Source: a plasmid
DNA length: 64,000 bases
Sequence record: NZ_LR134467.1
Reading direction: 5' to 3' (one strand)
Shown here: positions 8,731 to 19,101 of the stretch, one piece after another
Layout: each line of letters opens with the position of its first letter
Position numbering within the stretch: the first letter of the stretch is position 1
Notes under the pieces: model-generated
What the model was told of the DNA's origin: nothing
Database searches by the model: none
What the model saw: the letters and a program-made list of their open reading frames with translations, nothing else
Translations under genes and position numbers: made by a program

Positions 8731-9912
8731 GTGGCGGAATCGACGGGTGCGGGCGGAGCGATCAGGGGCGTTCCCGGGCCCGATTACCTGGTCGCCGGGC
8801 GTTACCGCCTGACCTCCAAGATCGGCGGCGGCGGCATGGGCGCCGTGTGGCTCGCGCGCGACGAACGCCTGGACCGCGACGTGGCCGCCAAGCAGGTCAT
8901 CTCCACCGAGGGCCTCACCCAGGAGGAGGCCGACGAGCTGCGTCGGCGCGCCCTGCACGAGGGCCGGCTCGCGGCCCGGCTGCAGCACCGCAACGCCGTC
9001 GCGATGTACGACGTGGCCCTCGACCGCGGCGAGCCCTGGCTGGTGATGGAGTACCTGCCCTCGCGCTCGCTCGCGCAGGTGCTGCACATGACCGGGTCCA
9101 TGCCCGAGCGGCAGGTCGCGCAGATCGGCGCGCAGATGGCCGACGCCCTCATCGAGGCCCACGAGTCGGGGATCATCCACCGCGACATCAAGCCCGGCAA
9201 CATCCTCATCGCGAACCGGGGCCGCGCGTCCGGCACCGTCAAGCTCTCGGACTTCGGCATCGCGCGGGCCAAGGGCGACGATGCCGGGCCCACCGGGATC
9301 ATCACCGGCACGCCCGCCTACTTCGCGCCCGAGGTCGCCCGCGGCACCGAGCCCTCCGAGGCCTCCGACCTGTACTCGCTGGGCGCCACGCTGTACACCG
9401 CGCTCGAGGGTGCGCCGCCGTTCGGCGTCGACGAGGACTCGATCGCGCTGCTGCACAAAGTCGCGCTGGGACAGATCAATCCGCCGAAGAACGACGGTCC
9501 GCTGATCCGCGTGATCCTGGACATGCTGCAGCCGAGCCCGAAGCGACGTCCCTCGCTCACCGACGCCCGGGACCGGCTCGCCGCGGTCGCGGCGGGCGGC
9601 GGCAACCCCGCCGCGATCCTCACCGCCCCGCTGCAGGCGACCGAGGGCGCGCCCGCGGTGTGGCTGCGGCGCACCGCCGGGGAACGCTCGTCGAGCGCCT
9701 CCGGGGATCGTGCGGCGACGGCGCGCACGGCATCGTCGGGCCCGATCGAGCGCAAGCGGCCCATCCCGCCCGCACCACGGCCCAGCACCTACGTGCCGCC
9801 GCCCGTGGCGCCGCCGTCGGGGATGTCGAACACCGTGCTCGCGGTGTGGATCATCGGCGGCTTCATCGTGCTCGCCGCGATCATCGCCGGCGTCATCATC
9901 GCGCTGGGCTGA
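8731..9912 (+). CDS. Ser/Thr protein kinase with C-terminal TM anchor
   Basis: GTG start 18 nt after the CGNR stop. Gly-rich loop IGGGGMGAVWLARD, catalytic HRDIKPGNILI, DFGIA and TPAYFAPE motifs. A C-terminal TM helix VLAVWIIGGFIVLAAIIAGVIIAL follows. Confidence 0.85.
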   Translation: MAESTGAGGAIRGVPGPDYLVAGRYRLTSKIGGGGMGAVWLARDERLDRDVAAKQVISTEGLTQEEADELRRRALHEGRLAARLQHRNAVAMYDVALDRGEPWLVMEYLPSRSLAQVLHMTGSMPERQVAQIGAQMADALIEAHESGIIHRDIKPGNILIANRGRASGTVKLSDFGIARAKGDDAGPTGIITGTPAYFAPEVARGTEPSEASDLYSLGATLYTALEGAPPFGVDEDSIALLHKVALGQINPPKNDGPLIRVILDMLQPSPKRRPSLTDARDRLAAVAAGGGNPAAILTAPLQATEGAPAVWLRRTAGERSSSASGDRAATARTASSGPIERKRPIPPAPRPSTYVPPPVAPPSGMSNTVLAVWIIGGFIVLAAIIAGVIIALG

Positions 9913-9924
9913 GCCCCGCTCCGG

Positions 9925-10598
9925 TCAGTCCGCGAGGTGGCGCGTGTGCGCCCAGCGTGTGAGGGCGTTGCGGTTGCTCTGCTGCGTCTTGCGGAGCACG
10001 TTCGAGGCGTGCGTCTCGACGGTCTTGACCGAGATGAACAGGTCCTCGGCGATCTCCCGGTAGGTGTAGCCGCGGGCCAGCAGGCGCAGGACCTCGAGTT
10101 CGCGCGGGGTGAGCGAGTCCAGCTCCGGGTCGAGTGCCGGCTCAGGCACGGGCGAGCGGCCCGTGAAGGAGTCCAGCACGAAGCCGGCGAGCCGCGGCGA
10201 GAAGACCGCGTCGCCCTCCGCGACGCGGCGCACCGCATCGGCCAGCTCCTCCCCCGAGATCGTCTTGGTGACGTAGCCGCGGGCGCCGGCGCGAATCGTG
10301 GCGATCACGTCCTCCGCGGCGTCGGAGACGCTGAGCGCGAGGAAGACCGGTGCCTTCTCCAGCTTCGCGCGGGGCGCGCCGTCGGTGACGCCGCGCAGCA
10401 CGGCGACGCCGCCGCCGTCGGGCATGTGCACGTCCAGCAGCACCACATCGGGGCCCGTGGAGAGGATCCCCGCCACGGCCTCGCCGACGGTGCCGGCCTC
10501 GCCCACCACCTCGATGGAATCCTCACGGGCCAGTTCGGCGCGCACGCCGGACCGGAACACGCCGTGATCGTCGACCAGGAACACCCGGTAGCTCACGC
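9925..10598 (-). CDS. LuxR/NarL-family response regulator
   Basis: VSYRVFLVDDHGVFRSGV...DVVLLDVHMPDGGG is a receiver domain. The C-terminus has a LuxR HTH (LTPRELEVLRLLARGYTYREIAEDLFISVKTVETHASNVLRKT). The GTG start overlaps the kinase stop by 4 nt. Confidence 0.85.
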
Positions 10599-11999
10599 AC
10601 TCTCCTCCGCTGTCTCCGGCGCGACCGTCTCGTCGCCCTCGGCGAGCCTCGCCATCGACAGCCGCACCTCGGTGCCCCGGCCCGGGGCGGTGCGGACCGC
10701 GACGCTGCCGCCGCGGCGCTCCATCCGGGACCGGATCGACTTGGCCAGGCCCTGCCGGTCCGACGGTACCCCGTCCGGGTCGAATCCGACGCCGCGGTCG
10801 CGGACGAAGACGGAGACCGCGGCGTCGTCGACCTCCGCGTAGGTGTCGATGCTCTCGCAGCCGGAGTGCTTGGCGGCGTTCACCATCGCCTCCTTCGCGG
10901 CGCCGAGCAGGGCGGTGAACCGGTCGTCGACGCCGAGCTCGGCGCCCTCGACGTCGCCGACGGTGATGACGTCGACCGCCACCGAGTGCGCGTCCTCGAC
11001 GTCGGCCGCCGCGGCCTTGAGCGCCGCCGCGAGCGACTGGGCGGGCGCCTCGGAGCCGCCGAACAGCCACTCGCGGAGTTCGCGCTCCTGGCTGCGGGCC
11101 AGCCGCTTGACGGCGGCACCGTCGGCGGATTGCTTCTGGATGAGGGCGAGCGTCTGCAGCACGGAATCGTGCAGGTGCGAGGCGATCTCCTCGCGCTCGA
11201 TCGTGCGGACCCGGGCGGCGCGCTCGGCGCCGAGGTCGCGCCACATGCGCACCCAGATCGGCACGGTGAGCAGCGCGACGCCCACCAGGGTGAGCACGAC
11301 GGCGGCGAGCGCCGTCGGGAGCGCGGCCACGTCGACGCGGCCCAGGAAGACCACGGCCAGGCCGACGACCACGAGCGTGGCGCCGCCCAGCACGCGCAGC
11401 CAGGTGATGAGCCGGGAGCCGCCCGGCGTGGACGCCGGTGTCCGCGAAGCGGAATCCGCCTCCCGCCAGACGAGGGCCGCGCCGATCCCGATGACGAGGA
11501 CCGGGACCACGAAACCGGCGCTGGTGTTGCTCGCGACCGACGCGAGGGTCGCCGCGCCCACCACGCCGAGGACGGCCAGCGCGAGGCCCTGGCGGCGCTC
11601 GGCCGGGTCGGGGTGCTCGGTATCGGTGCCCGGGCGGCACATGAACCACAGCAGCGCGTACATGACCACGCCCGCGCCGAGCAGCGCGAGCAGGGTGAAG
11701 GCGATGCGGACCTTGGTGGCGTCGACGCCGAGATGGTCGGCGATGCCGCCGCACACGCCGCCGATCACCGCGCCGCCGTTGCGGCGGTGCATCCGGGGGT
11801 ACGACGGTGCCGGCGCCGGCTGCGCCGGGGGCGGTACGACGGCGGGCCGGGCGACGGCGGGCGCGGGCGCGCGGAGATCGGCGGCCGGGCCCGGTTCGGC
11901 GCCCTGTTGCCACCCCTGCTGCCAGTTCTGCCAGCCCTGCTGCCACGCCTGCTGGCGAGCCTGGTGCCGCGCCCACCGGCGCTCTGCTCGTCTGCTCAT
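10593..11999 (-). CDS. PspC-domain sensor histidine kinase
   Basis: The N-terminal PspC domain (HRRNGGAVIGGVCGGIADHLGVD) is followed by TM helices, a HisKA_3 phospho-acceptor (EIASHLHDSVLQTL) and HATPase_c. The start was chosen at the ATG reading MSRRAERRW, since the tracked ORF extends further upstream. Confidence 0.8.
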   Translation of the reverse strand: MSRRAERRWARHQARQQAWQQGWQNWQQGWQQGAEPGPAADLRAPAPAVARPAVVPPPAQPAPAPSYPRMHRRNGGAVIGGVCGGIADHLGVDATKVRIAFTLLALLGAGVVMYALLWFMCRPGTDTEHPDPAERRQGLALAVLGVVGAATLASVASNTSAGFVVPVLVIGIGAALVWREADSASRTPASTPGGSRLITWLRVLGGATLVVVGLAVVFLGRVDVAALPTALAAVVLTLVGVALLTVPIWVRMWRDLGAERAARVRTIEREEIASHLHDSVLQTLALIQKQSADGAAVKRLARSQERELREWLFGGSEAPAQSLAAALKAAAADVEDAHSVAVDVITVGDVEGAELGVDDRFTALLGAAKEAMVNAAKHSGCESIDTYAEVDDAAVSVFVRDRGVGFDPDGVPSDRQGLAKSIRSRMERRGGSVAVRTAPGRGTEVRLSMARLAEGDETVAPETAEESA

Positions 12000-12047
12000 G
12001 ATCCCTCGATGGTGGCACGGATCCTCGCCCGCGGGTATCGGGGAAGC

Positions 12048-12096
12048 CCCTGAAAGATCACCCCTCACCCCGAGGCGCGGCGCCGCGATTTCAGGG
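12048..12096. promoter_or_regulatory. 8-bp inverted repeat CCCTGAAA...TTTCAGGG in divergent PspC-HK / PspC-protein intergenic region
   Basis: Seen directly in the sequence. It is a candidate binding site for the LuxR-type regulator. This is speculative. Confidence 0.25.
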
Positions 12097-12142
12097 TAGA
12101 TCCCGATGGACCGGGGCGGCCGCGGCCCGCAGGATCGAAGGC

Positions 12143-13501
12143 ATGGATACGACAACCCTCTCCAGCCAGCTCCGGCAGATGTGGGAGACCAGGCCGCTCC
12201 GGGCCCGCAACGCGCCGATCGCCGGCGTGTGCACGGGCTTCGCGCGCCGCTACCAGGTGGACGTCGCGCTGGTCCGCGCGGCGTTCATCGGGGCGACGGT
12301 GCTCGGTGGACTCGGTTTCGTCGCCTACATCGTCGGCCTCTTCGTGCTCCCCAAGGAGTCCGAGTACGCCTACGGCACCCCCGTGCAGCGCTCCGGCCCG
12401 CCCACCATCGTCCTCATCATCGCGGCGGTGCTCGCGGTGACCTTCGGCGGCGGCATGAGCTCCTCGTGGCCCGGCGCCGGATTCATCAGCCTCGCCCTGC
12501 TCCTCGCGGGCTGGTACGCGCTGCACCAGCGCCTGCCCGTGCCCCCGCCCGGCACCGCGGTCTCCGCGCGGCTCGCGCCGCCGGCCCCCGTCGGGGCCTG
12601 GCAGCCGCCCGCGGCGCAGTTCCCGTGGCAGCCCGTGTGGACGCCGCCCGCCGGCACGGACCCGACGACGCCGCAGGCCGCCGCCCCGGAGCAGGCGACC
12701 GAAGGGCCCGCGGGCCCGAGCGCGCAGACGCCGCCGGCCGCGGCACCGTCGGAGCCCCTCAACCTGCAGAAGGCACCGGCGCCCGAACAGGCCCCGCGCG
12801 TGCAGACGCAGACCACCGAGGAGATCCACCCGCCCCGCTGGGATCCGTTGGGCGCCGCGCCCTTCGCGTGGGACCTGCCCGAGCCGGCGGCGTCGAACGC
12901 CCCGGTCCCGGTGGAGCCCAAGCGTCGCACCCGGATCACGCCCGTGACGCTCGGCATCGCGCTGCTCACGGCCGCGGCGATCGCCACCGTCAACCTCGTT
13001 CTCGGCGTGTCGATCTCGCCCGTCGTCGCCGCCGCCATCGTGCTCGGCGTGGTGGGCACCGGCCTCGTCGCCGGCGCCTTCCGCCGCGGCGGTTACGGCC
13101 TGCTCGCCGTCGCGATCCCCCTGGCGGGCTTCGTGATCGTGGGCACCATGGCGCAGAACGTGATGAGCGGCTTCGCCGATGCTCCGCGCGGCGACCGGAA
13201 CTTCACCGTCGCCGATCCGAACGCCCTGCAGGAGCAGTACATCCTGCAGGCGGGCTCGCTGAAGCTCGACCTGCGGCAGCTCACCCTGGACCACGACCGC
13301 ACCCTGACCACTCGAGTGGGCTTGGGCGAGACCAAGATCCAGGTACCGGAGGGCATGAACGTGAAGGTGCGCTGCACCGTCACCGTGGGTGACGCGCAGT
13401 GCCCCGACGGCCTGAACGCGACGCCGAAGCCCGGAGCCCCGACCCTGACGATCGACGCCCAGAGCAACATGGGCAGTGTGGAGGTGGACCGTGTCCGCTG
13501 A
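12143..13501 (+). CDS. PspC-domain membrane protein (partner of PspC-HK/LuxR pair)
   Basis: N-terminal PspC domain RARNAPIAGVCTGFARRYQVDVALVRAAFIGATVLGGLGFVAYIVGLFVLP. A Pro/Ala-rich linker and C-terminal TM helices follow. Confidence 0.8.
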   Translation: MDTTTLSSQLRQMWETRPLRARNAPIAGVCTGFARRYQVDVALVRAAFIGATVLGGLGFVAYIVGLFVLPKESEYAYGTPVQRSGPPTIVLIIAAVLAVTFGGGMSSSWPGAGFISLALLLAGWYALHQRLPVPPPGTAVSARLAPPAPVGAWQPPAAQFPWQPVWTPPAGTDPTTPQAAAPEQATEGPAGPSAQTPPAAAPSEPLNLQKAPAPEQAPRVQTQTTEEIHPPRWDPLGAAPFAWDLPEPAASNAPVPVEPKRRTRITPVTLGIALLTAAAIATVNLVLGVSISPVVAAAIVLGVVGTGLVAGAFRRGGYGLLAVAIPLAGFVIVGTMAQNVMSGFADAPRGDRNFTVADPNALQEQYILQAGSLKLDLRQLTLDHDRTLTTRVGLGETKIQVPEGMNVKVRCTVTVGDAQCPDGLNATPKPGAPTLTIDAQSNMGSVEVDRVR

Positions 13502-13739
13502 GAAGACCACGGCCGGTAGGACATCGGCCTCGCCCGCGCTCCTCGTCGCCGGCATCGCCGCCCTCGCGATCGCCGCCTGGGGCATCGTCGGAGGCCCCCG
13601 CCTCATCGACGCCGGCACCCTGCTCGGGATCCTCGCGATCGGCGCCGTCGTCGTGGCGGGGGTGACCCTGATCAGGCCGCGAAGAGGCTCCGATTCCGCG
13701 CCGCCCACTGCGCCAGGCTCATCGCCGGACGACCACTGA
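13491..13739 (+). CDS. small membrane protein, start overlapping PspC-protein stop (GTGTCCGCTGA)
   Basis: VSAEKTTAGRTSASPALLVAGIAALAIAAWGIVGGPRLIDAGTLLGILAIGAVVVAGVTLIRP has two TM helices. Its 3' end overlaps the convergent NmrA gene by ~67 nt, so the extent is uncertain. Confidence 0.35.
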   Translation: MSAEKTTAGRTSASPALLVAGIAALAIAAWGIVGGPRLIDAGTLLGILAIGAVVVAGVTLIRPRRGSDSAPPTAPGSSPDDH

Positions 13740-14478
13740 GATCCTCCACCAGCGAGTTCGCCTCCTGCCGATACCGGCGGGAGGCGTCTTGCAGGTCCAG
13801 GTACCAGCCGGCCATGTCGCCCATCTCGGGCCGCAGCGCCTCCTCGGCCTCCTCGCGGCTGATCTGCTCGAAGCCGACCTCGCGGCCGATGCCCTCGCCG
13901 ATCTGCGCGGCCATCTCGACCCGGGTCAGGAAGCTCGGGCCGGTGAGCTCGTAGACCTTCCCGACGTGCGCGGCACGGTCCTCGGCCGTGAGCAGCGCCG
14001 CCGCGACCGCGGCGATGTCGTCCATCGAGATCGGCGCGCTGCCCGCGTCCGGATAGGGCTCCCGGACGACGCCCGTCGCGACCTGCCCCGCCCAGCCCGC
14101 GAAATTCTCCATGAACTCGCCCGGGCCCAGCACGGTGACGTCGAGGCCGCTCGCGAGGATGACGTCGGTCAACGCCTGCCAGTGCGCGCTGCCCGAGGTG
14201 GCGACCACGTACTCGACGCCCGCGTCCTCGGCCCGGCGCAGCACCTCGGCCGCCGTGGGCTCGTACGGCGCGAGGTACATCCCCGTCACGCCCTCGAAGG
14301 CGCCGTCGAGCGTCTCCGGCTTGCCGATGAAGCCTCTGAAGGCCTCCACCCCGCTCGGCAGCGCCGCCTTCGCGGGGTTGGTGGTGAGCGCCCGGATGTC
14401 CGCGACACCCCTCGCCACCAGCTCGTCGACCACTTTCCGCCCGATGTTGCCCGTTGCACCCGTCACCAGAATCGTCAT
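13672..14478 (-). CDS. NmrA/SDR-family NAD(P)-binding protein
   Basis: MTILVTGATGNIGRKVVDELVARG is a Rossmann GxxGxxG motif. 268 aa. Confidence 0.8.
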   Translation of the reverse strand: MTILVTGATGNIGRKVVDELVARGVADIRALTTNPAKAALPSGVEAFRGFIGKPETLDGAFEGVTGMYLAPYEPTAAEVLRRAEDAGVEYVVATSGSAHWQALTDVILASGLDVTVLGPGEFMENFAGWAGQVATGVVREPYPDAGSAPISMDDIAAVAAALLTAEDRAAHVGKVYELTGPSFLTRVEMAAQIGEGIGREVGFEQISREEAEEALRPEMGDMAGWYLDLQDASRRYRQEANSLVEDLSGRPAMSLAQWAARNRSLFAA

Positions 14479-14518
14479 GGCGTCGACGGTACCGGCGGCA
14501 CCGGTCAGATCGTGACCG

Positions 14519-16090
14519 CTATTCCCACTCGATGGTCCCCGGCGGCTTGCTCGTCACGTCGAGCACCACGCGGTTGACCTCTTCGACCTCGTTGGTGATG
14601 CGGGTCGAGATGATCTCGAGGGTCTCGTACGGCACGCGCGTCCAGTCCGCGGTCATCGCGTCCTCGGAGCTGACGGGGCGCAGCACGATCGGGTGGCCGT
14701 AGGTGCGGCCGTCGCCCTGCACGCCCACGCTGCGGACGTCGGCGAGCAGCACGACCGGGCACTGCCAGATGGTGCCGTCGAGGCCCGCGGCGGTGAGCTC
14801 CTCGCGGGCGATCGCATCGGCCTTGCGCAGCAGGTCGAGGCGGTCCTTGGTGACCTCGCCGACGATGCGGATCGCCAGGCCGGGCCCGGGGAAGGGCTGG
14901 CGGCCGACGATCTCCTCCGGCAGGCCCAGCTCGCGGCCGACCGCGCGGACCTCGTCCTTGAACAGCAGGCGCAGGGGCTCGACGAGGGTGAACTCGAGGT
15001 CCTCCGGCAGGCCGCCCACGTTGTGATGGCTCTTGATGTTCGCCGTGCCGGCGCCGCCGCCCGACTCCACCACGTCGGGGTAGAGCGTGCCCTGGACGAG
15101 GAAGTCGATGGTGTGGCCCTCGGCCGCCCGCGCGCCCAGCGCTTCGGAGACGACGTCCTCGAACGAGCGGATGAACTCGCGCCCGATGATCTTGCGCTTC
15201 TCCTCGGGGTCAGAGACGCCCTTGAGGTGCCCGAGGAAGGTGTCCTCCGCGTCGACGGTGATCAGGCGCGCGCCCGTCGCCTCGACGAAGTCCTGCTGCA
15301 CCTGCTCGCGCTCGCCCTGCCGCAGCAGGCCGTGATCGACGAAGACGCAGGTGAGGCGGTCGCCGATGGCCTTCTGCACCAGCGCCGCCGCGACGGCCGA
15401 GTCGACGCCGCCGGACAGCGCGCACAGCGCGAGGCCGTCACCGACCTGGGCGCGGACGTCCTCGATGAGCTGCTCGGCGATGTTCGCCGCGGTCCAGGTG
15501 GGCTTCAGCCCCGCGATCTCGTAGAGGAAGCGCGTGAGCACCTCCTGGCCGTGCGGGCTGTGCAGCACCTCGGGGTGGTACTGGACACCCGCCATCCGCT
15601 TACCGACGTTCTCGAACGCGGCGACCGGGGCGCCGGGCGTCGACGCCACCGTCGAGAAGCCCTCGGGCGCGACCTGCACGGCGTCGTTGTGGCTCATCCA
15701 CACCGGCTGTTCGGCCGGAAGCCCCACGTGCAGGACACCGTCGCCCTGGGGAGTGAGGGTGGTGCGCCCGAACTCGCGCCCGCCCGTGTTGGCGACGGTG
15801 CCGCCGAGTGCCCGGGCCATCATCTGGAAGCCGTAGCAGATGCCGAACACCGGGACGCCGAGGTCGAAGACCGCGGGATCGAGGCTCGGGGCGTCCTCCG
15901 CGTACACCGACGCGGGGCCGCCCGACAGCACGATGGCGGCGGGGCTCTTGGCGCGCACCTCCTCGGCGGTGATGGTGTGCGGCACCACCTCCGAGTAGAT
16001 CCGCGCCTCGCGGACGCGGCGCGCGATCAGCTGCGCGTACTGCGCGCCGAAGTCGACGACCAGAACGGGGTTGGGTGAGGAGTCCGTCAC
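14519..16090 (-). CDS. guaA: GMP synthase (glutamine-hydrolysing)
   Basis: 523 aa. It has a GATase domain (GICYGFQMM), a PP-loop SGGVDS and the conserved C-terminus KPPGTIEWE. Confidence 0.95.
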   Translation of the reverse strand: MTDSSPNPVLVVDFGAQYAQLIARRVREARIYSEVVPHTITAEEVRAKSPAAIVLSGGPASVYAEDAPSLDPAVFDLGVPVFGICYGFQMMARALGGTVANTGGREFGRTTLTPQGDGVLHVGLPAEQPVWMSHNDAVQVAPEGFSTVASTPGAPVAAFENVGKRMAGVQYHPEVLHSPHGQEVLTRFLYEIAGLKPTWTAANIAEQLIEDVRAQVGDGLALCALSGGVDSAVAAALVQKAIGDRLTCVFVDHGLLRQGEREQVQQDFVEATGARLITVDAEDTFLGHLKGVSDPEEKRKIIGREFIRSFEDVVSEALGARAAEGHTIDFLVQGTLYPDVVESGGGAGTANIKSHHNVGGLPEDLEFTLVEPLRLLFKDEVRAVGRELGLPEEIVGRQPFPGPGLAIRIVGEVTKDRLDLLRKADAIAREELTAAGLDGTIWQCPVVLLADVRSVGVQGDGRTYGHPIVLRPVSSEDAMTADWTRVPYETLEIISTRITNEVEEVNRVVLDVTSKPPGTIEWE

Positions 16091-16142
16091 CCGGCTCAGT
16101 CTAGTCGCGGTCGGCGCCGCGCTCCGACATCAGGGCCGGTCA

Positions 16143-16523
16143 TCAGGGCACGTCCACCAGCTCCCACAGCGGGACGTGGGCGTACCAGGGGAACTCGTCG
16201 GGCGTCACACGGACCTCGCGGCCGGCGAGGATCGCCTCGTTCTCGCCCCGCGCGTGCGGGGACAGGACGTCGATCGCCGCCTCCGCGACGCGCTGCAGGT
16301 CCGCCTCGTCGAACCGCGCCCACAGCACGCGGCACCGTCGGTCGGCGGGCGGGGTGCCCGGGTGCTCGATCGCCCACTGCCGCAGCAGCGACGGGTCCTC
16401 CGGGGAGCTCGCGAACTCGAACAGCGCCGCGCTCGCGTCGAGGCGGTCACCGATGGACGCGGTGACGCGCGGCTCGTCGTCGGGCCGGATGAGGACGGTG
16501 ACGAGGGGGAATCCTGCGGACAT
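16143..16523 (-). CDS. conserved hypothetical protein
   Basis: 126-aa ORF. Codon usage is consistent with its neighbours. No recognisable motif. Confidence 0.5.
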   Translation of the reverse strand: MSAGFPLVTVLIRPDDEPRVTASIGDRLDASAALFEFASSPEDPSLLRQWAIEHPGTPPADRRCRVLWARFDEADLQRVAEAAIDVLSPHARGENEAILAGREVRVTPDEFPWYAHVPLWELVDVP

Positions 16524-16596
16524 GCGGTCACGCTACGACGCGGGGACGGCCGCCGTCATCAGGGTTTCTCCGGGTTCCGCCCCTGATCGCGCCGGC

Positions 16597-17253
16597 CTAG
16601 TCCTCGCGGCGGCGGACGATCTCGGCGATCCAGACCGGCGCGAACGGCGACGTGCAGCCCTTCGACACCGGGTAGTCCGCCAGCACCTGCAGGTCCTCAC
16701 CGATCGCGATCGCGCGGGCACGGCGGGCCCGGTCCTCGATGCCGATGGTCGCGAGGGTCTCGTTCATGGCCCACTGCAGCTTCGGCTCGGCGTCGCGCAT
16801 CTCGCGTTCGATCTCGTCCAGGAGCGCGTCCCGGTCCAGGTCGGCCGTCGCGACCGCGTGCGTCGTGAGCGCCCAGCCCGCCGCCCGGACCCGCGGGTCG
16901 GCGTCCTCGAACCACCGCTCCCGCAGCGCCGCCGCGTGCGGCGACTTCGTGACCAGGTAATTCAGCAACCAGTCGTGGGCCTTGTCGCTGCGAGTGGAGC
17001 GCACCATCGCGTCCAGCTCGTCCTCGGTGAAGGCCTTCGGCTTCGCGATGAGCAGGGCCACCAGCTGGGCCGCCACGTCGCCCGAGTCCCACAGCTCGCC
17101 GGCCAGCTCGCGGTCGGTGCCGAGCGACTTCGCCACCGCCCGCAGCTTCGTCAGGTTCACGCCGTGCGGGTCGCCGTGCCGCTCGTTGACGGCCCGCGCC
17201 TTCGGATCCTCCAGCGCCGCCAGCTCGGCCACGACCTCATCGACTCGCGTCAT
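16597..17253 (-). CDS. DNA alkylation repair protein (AlkD/HEAT-like repeat family)
   Basis: 218 aa. The helical repeat pattern and conserved W/D positions resemble the PF08713 DNA alkylation repair enzymes. Confidence 0.6.
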   Translation of the reverse strand: MTRVDEVVAELAALEDPKARAVNERHGDPHGVNLTKLRAVAKSLGTDRELAGELWDSGDVAAQLVALLIAKPKAFTEDELDAMVRSTRSDKAHDWLLNYLVTKSPHAAALRERWFEDADPRVRAAGWALTTHAVATADLDRDALLDEIEREMRDAEPKLQWAMNETLATIGIEDRARRARAIAIGEDLQVLADYPVSKGCTSPFAPVWIAEIVRRRED

Positions 17254-17355
17254 GTCCCGAGGTTAGCGCTGACGAAAGTCGAGTCCTGCGGGCAGGCGAG
17301 GCGAATCGCTGCCTCGGTGCGCCGTAGAACTCGACTTTCGGAAACCGTGACCGGC

Positions 17356-19101
17356 TCAGGCCTGCGACTCCTGCGCCGGCCGCACCTTCGGCATGGGCAA
17401 CAGCAGCTGGCCGGGCGCGCCCGCGGGCACGGCGGGCGACTTCGGCGCGGTCGGGGCGATGCGCCGGTAGCCGGTGCCCTGCGCGGGGCGCGGATCCTGC
17501 TCGCCCTTGTTCGGCCACAGCGACGCGGCGCGCTCGGCCTGCGCCGCGATCGACAGCGACGGGTTGACGCCGAGGTTCGCGGAGATGGCGGCACCGTCGA
17601 CGACGAACAGCGACGGGTAGTTGTGGATGCGGTGGTACGGGTCGATGACGCCGGTCTCGGGGCCGTCGGAGATGGCGGCGCCGCCGAGGAAGTGGGCGGT
17701 CATCGGGACGTTGAAGATGTCGCCCCAGGTGCCGCCGGCCACGCCGTTCAGCTTCTCCGCACCGATCCGCGCGGCCTCGTTGCCCGCGGGGATCCAGGTG
17801 GGGTTCGGCGCGCCGTGGCCCTGCTTGGAGACCATGCGCCGCTTCTTCGAGCCCGGGATCTTCTTGGTGTACGTGGTGATCGAGTTGTCGAGGCTCTGCA
17901 TCACCAGCAGGATCAGCACGCGCTGGCCCCAGTCCTTCTGCGTGAGCAGCAGTTTGAGGTCGGTGGGCTTCTTCGCCAGGCCCTTGAGGAAGCCGCCCAG
18001 GCGGGTGCGCTTCTCGCCGCCGTCGACGAGCAGCGTCTGCAGCAGGCCCATGGCGTTGCGGCCCGGGCCGTAACGGACGGGCTCGATGTGGGTGTCGGGC
18101 GTCGGGTAGAAGGAGCTGGTGATCGCGACACCGTGCGAGAGGTCCTGCGACGGATCGGCGACGGTGCGCGCGGAGCCCAGGATCGACTCGGAGTTGGTGC
18201 GGGTGAGCACGCCGAGGCGGTCCGAGAGCTTCGGCAACGCGCCGGTGTCCTTGAGCGAGTGCAGCAGCGTCTGCGTGCCCCAGGTGCCCGCGGCGAAGAC
18301 CACGTTGTCGGCGGTGTAGACGGTCCGGTTCTTGCGCGCGACGGCACCGGTGCGCACCGTCGACACCTCCCAGACGCCCTTGCGGCCCTCGCGGAGCCCC
18401 GTCACCGTGGTCATCGGGATGAACCGCGCGCCGCCCGCCTCCGCGAGGTGGATGTAGTTCTTCATCAGCGTGTTCTTCGCGCCCACGCGGCAGCCCGACA
18501 TGCACTGGCCGCACTCGGTGCAGCCGGTGCGGGCGGGGCCGGCGCCGCCGAAGAACGGGTCGGCGTCGGTGCGGCCCGGCTGGTTGAAGTACACGCCCAC
18601 GGGTGTCTCGGTGAACGTGTCCGCGACGCCCATCTCCTCCGCGATCTGCTTGATCACGCGGTCCGAGGGGGTCTCGTGCGGGTTCTTCACCACGCCCAGC
18701 ATGCGGCGGGCCTGGTCGTAGTACGGCGTGAGCTCGTCGTCCCAGTCGGTGATGTGCTTCCACTGCGGGTCGTTGAAGAACGGCGCGGGCGGCTTGTAGA
18801 GGGTGTTCGCGTAGTTCAGCGAGCCGCCGCCGACGCCGGCGCCGGCGAGCACGACGGCGTCGTTGAGCAGGTGGATCCGCTGGATGCCGTACAGGCCCAT
18901 CTTCGGCGCCCACACGAACTTCTTCAGGTTCCAGGTGCTCTCGGCGAAGTCCTCGTCCTCGAACCGCTGCCCGGCCTCGAGCACGCCGACGCGGTAGCCC
19001 TTCTCGGTGAGGCGCAGCGCCGTGACGCTACCGCCGAATCCCGACCCGATCACGAGCACGTCGAAGTGATCGCCCGACTTCTGCTCGACTGCCTTGGCCA
19101 T
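17356..19101 (-). CDS. choD: cholesterol oxidase (GMC oxidoreductase family)
   Basis: 581 aa. The FAD motif is DVLVIGSGFGGSVTALRL. It matches the Rv3409c ChoD position next to guaB3/guaB2. Confidence 0.85.
   Translation of the reverse strand: MAKAVEQKSGDHFDVLVIGSGFGGSVTALRLTEKGYRVGVLEAGQRFEDEDFAESTWNLKKFVWAPKMGLYGIQRIHLLNDAVVLAGAGVGGGSLNYANTLYKPPAPFFNDPQWKHITDWDDELTPYYDQARRMLGVVKNPHETPSDRVIKQIAEEMGVADTFTETPVGVYFNQPGRTDADPFFGGAGPARTGCTECGQCMSGCRVGAKNTLMKNYIHLAEAGGARFIPMTTVTGLREGRKGVWEVSTVRTGAVARKNRTVYTADNVVFAAGTWGTQTLLHSLKDTGALPKLSDRLGVLTRTNSESILGSARTVADPSQDLSHGVAITSSFYPTPDTHIEPVRYGPGRNAMGLLQTLLVDGGEKRTRLGGFLKGLAKKPTDLKLLLTQKDWGQRVLILLVMQSLDNSITTYTKKIPGSKKRRMVSKQGHGAPNPTWIPAGNEAARIGAEKLNGVAGGTWGDIFNVPMTAHFLGGAAISDGPETGVIDPYHRIHNYPSLFVVDGAAISANLGVNPSLSIAAQAERAASLWPNKGEQDPRPAQGTGYRRIAPTAPKSPAVPAGAPGQLLLPMPKVRPAQESQA

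Noticed and set aside
9925-12018. Single 697-aa minus-strand ORF spanning response regulator and histidine kinase
   Set aside because: It is an off-frame fusion artefact. The real genes are the LuxR RR (9925..10598) and the PspC-HK (10593..11999), which are in different frames and overlap by 4 nt.
13476-13739. Start of small membrane ORF at ATG 13476
   Set aside because: The in-frame GTG at 13491 overlapping the PspC-protein stop (GTGTCCGCTGA) is more plausible for a coupled gene. The gene remains low-confidence because of its 3' overlap with the NmrA gene.
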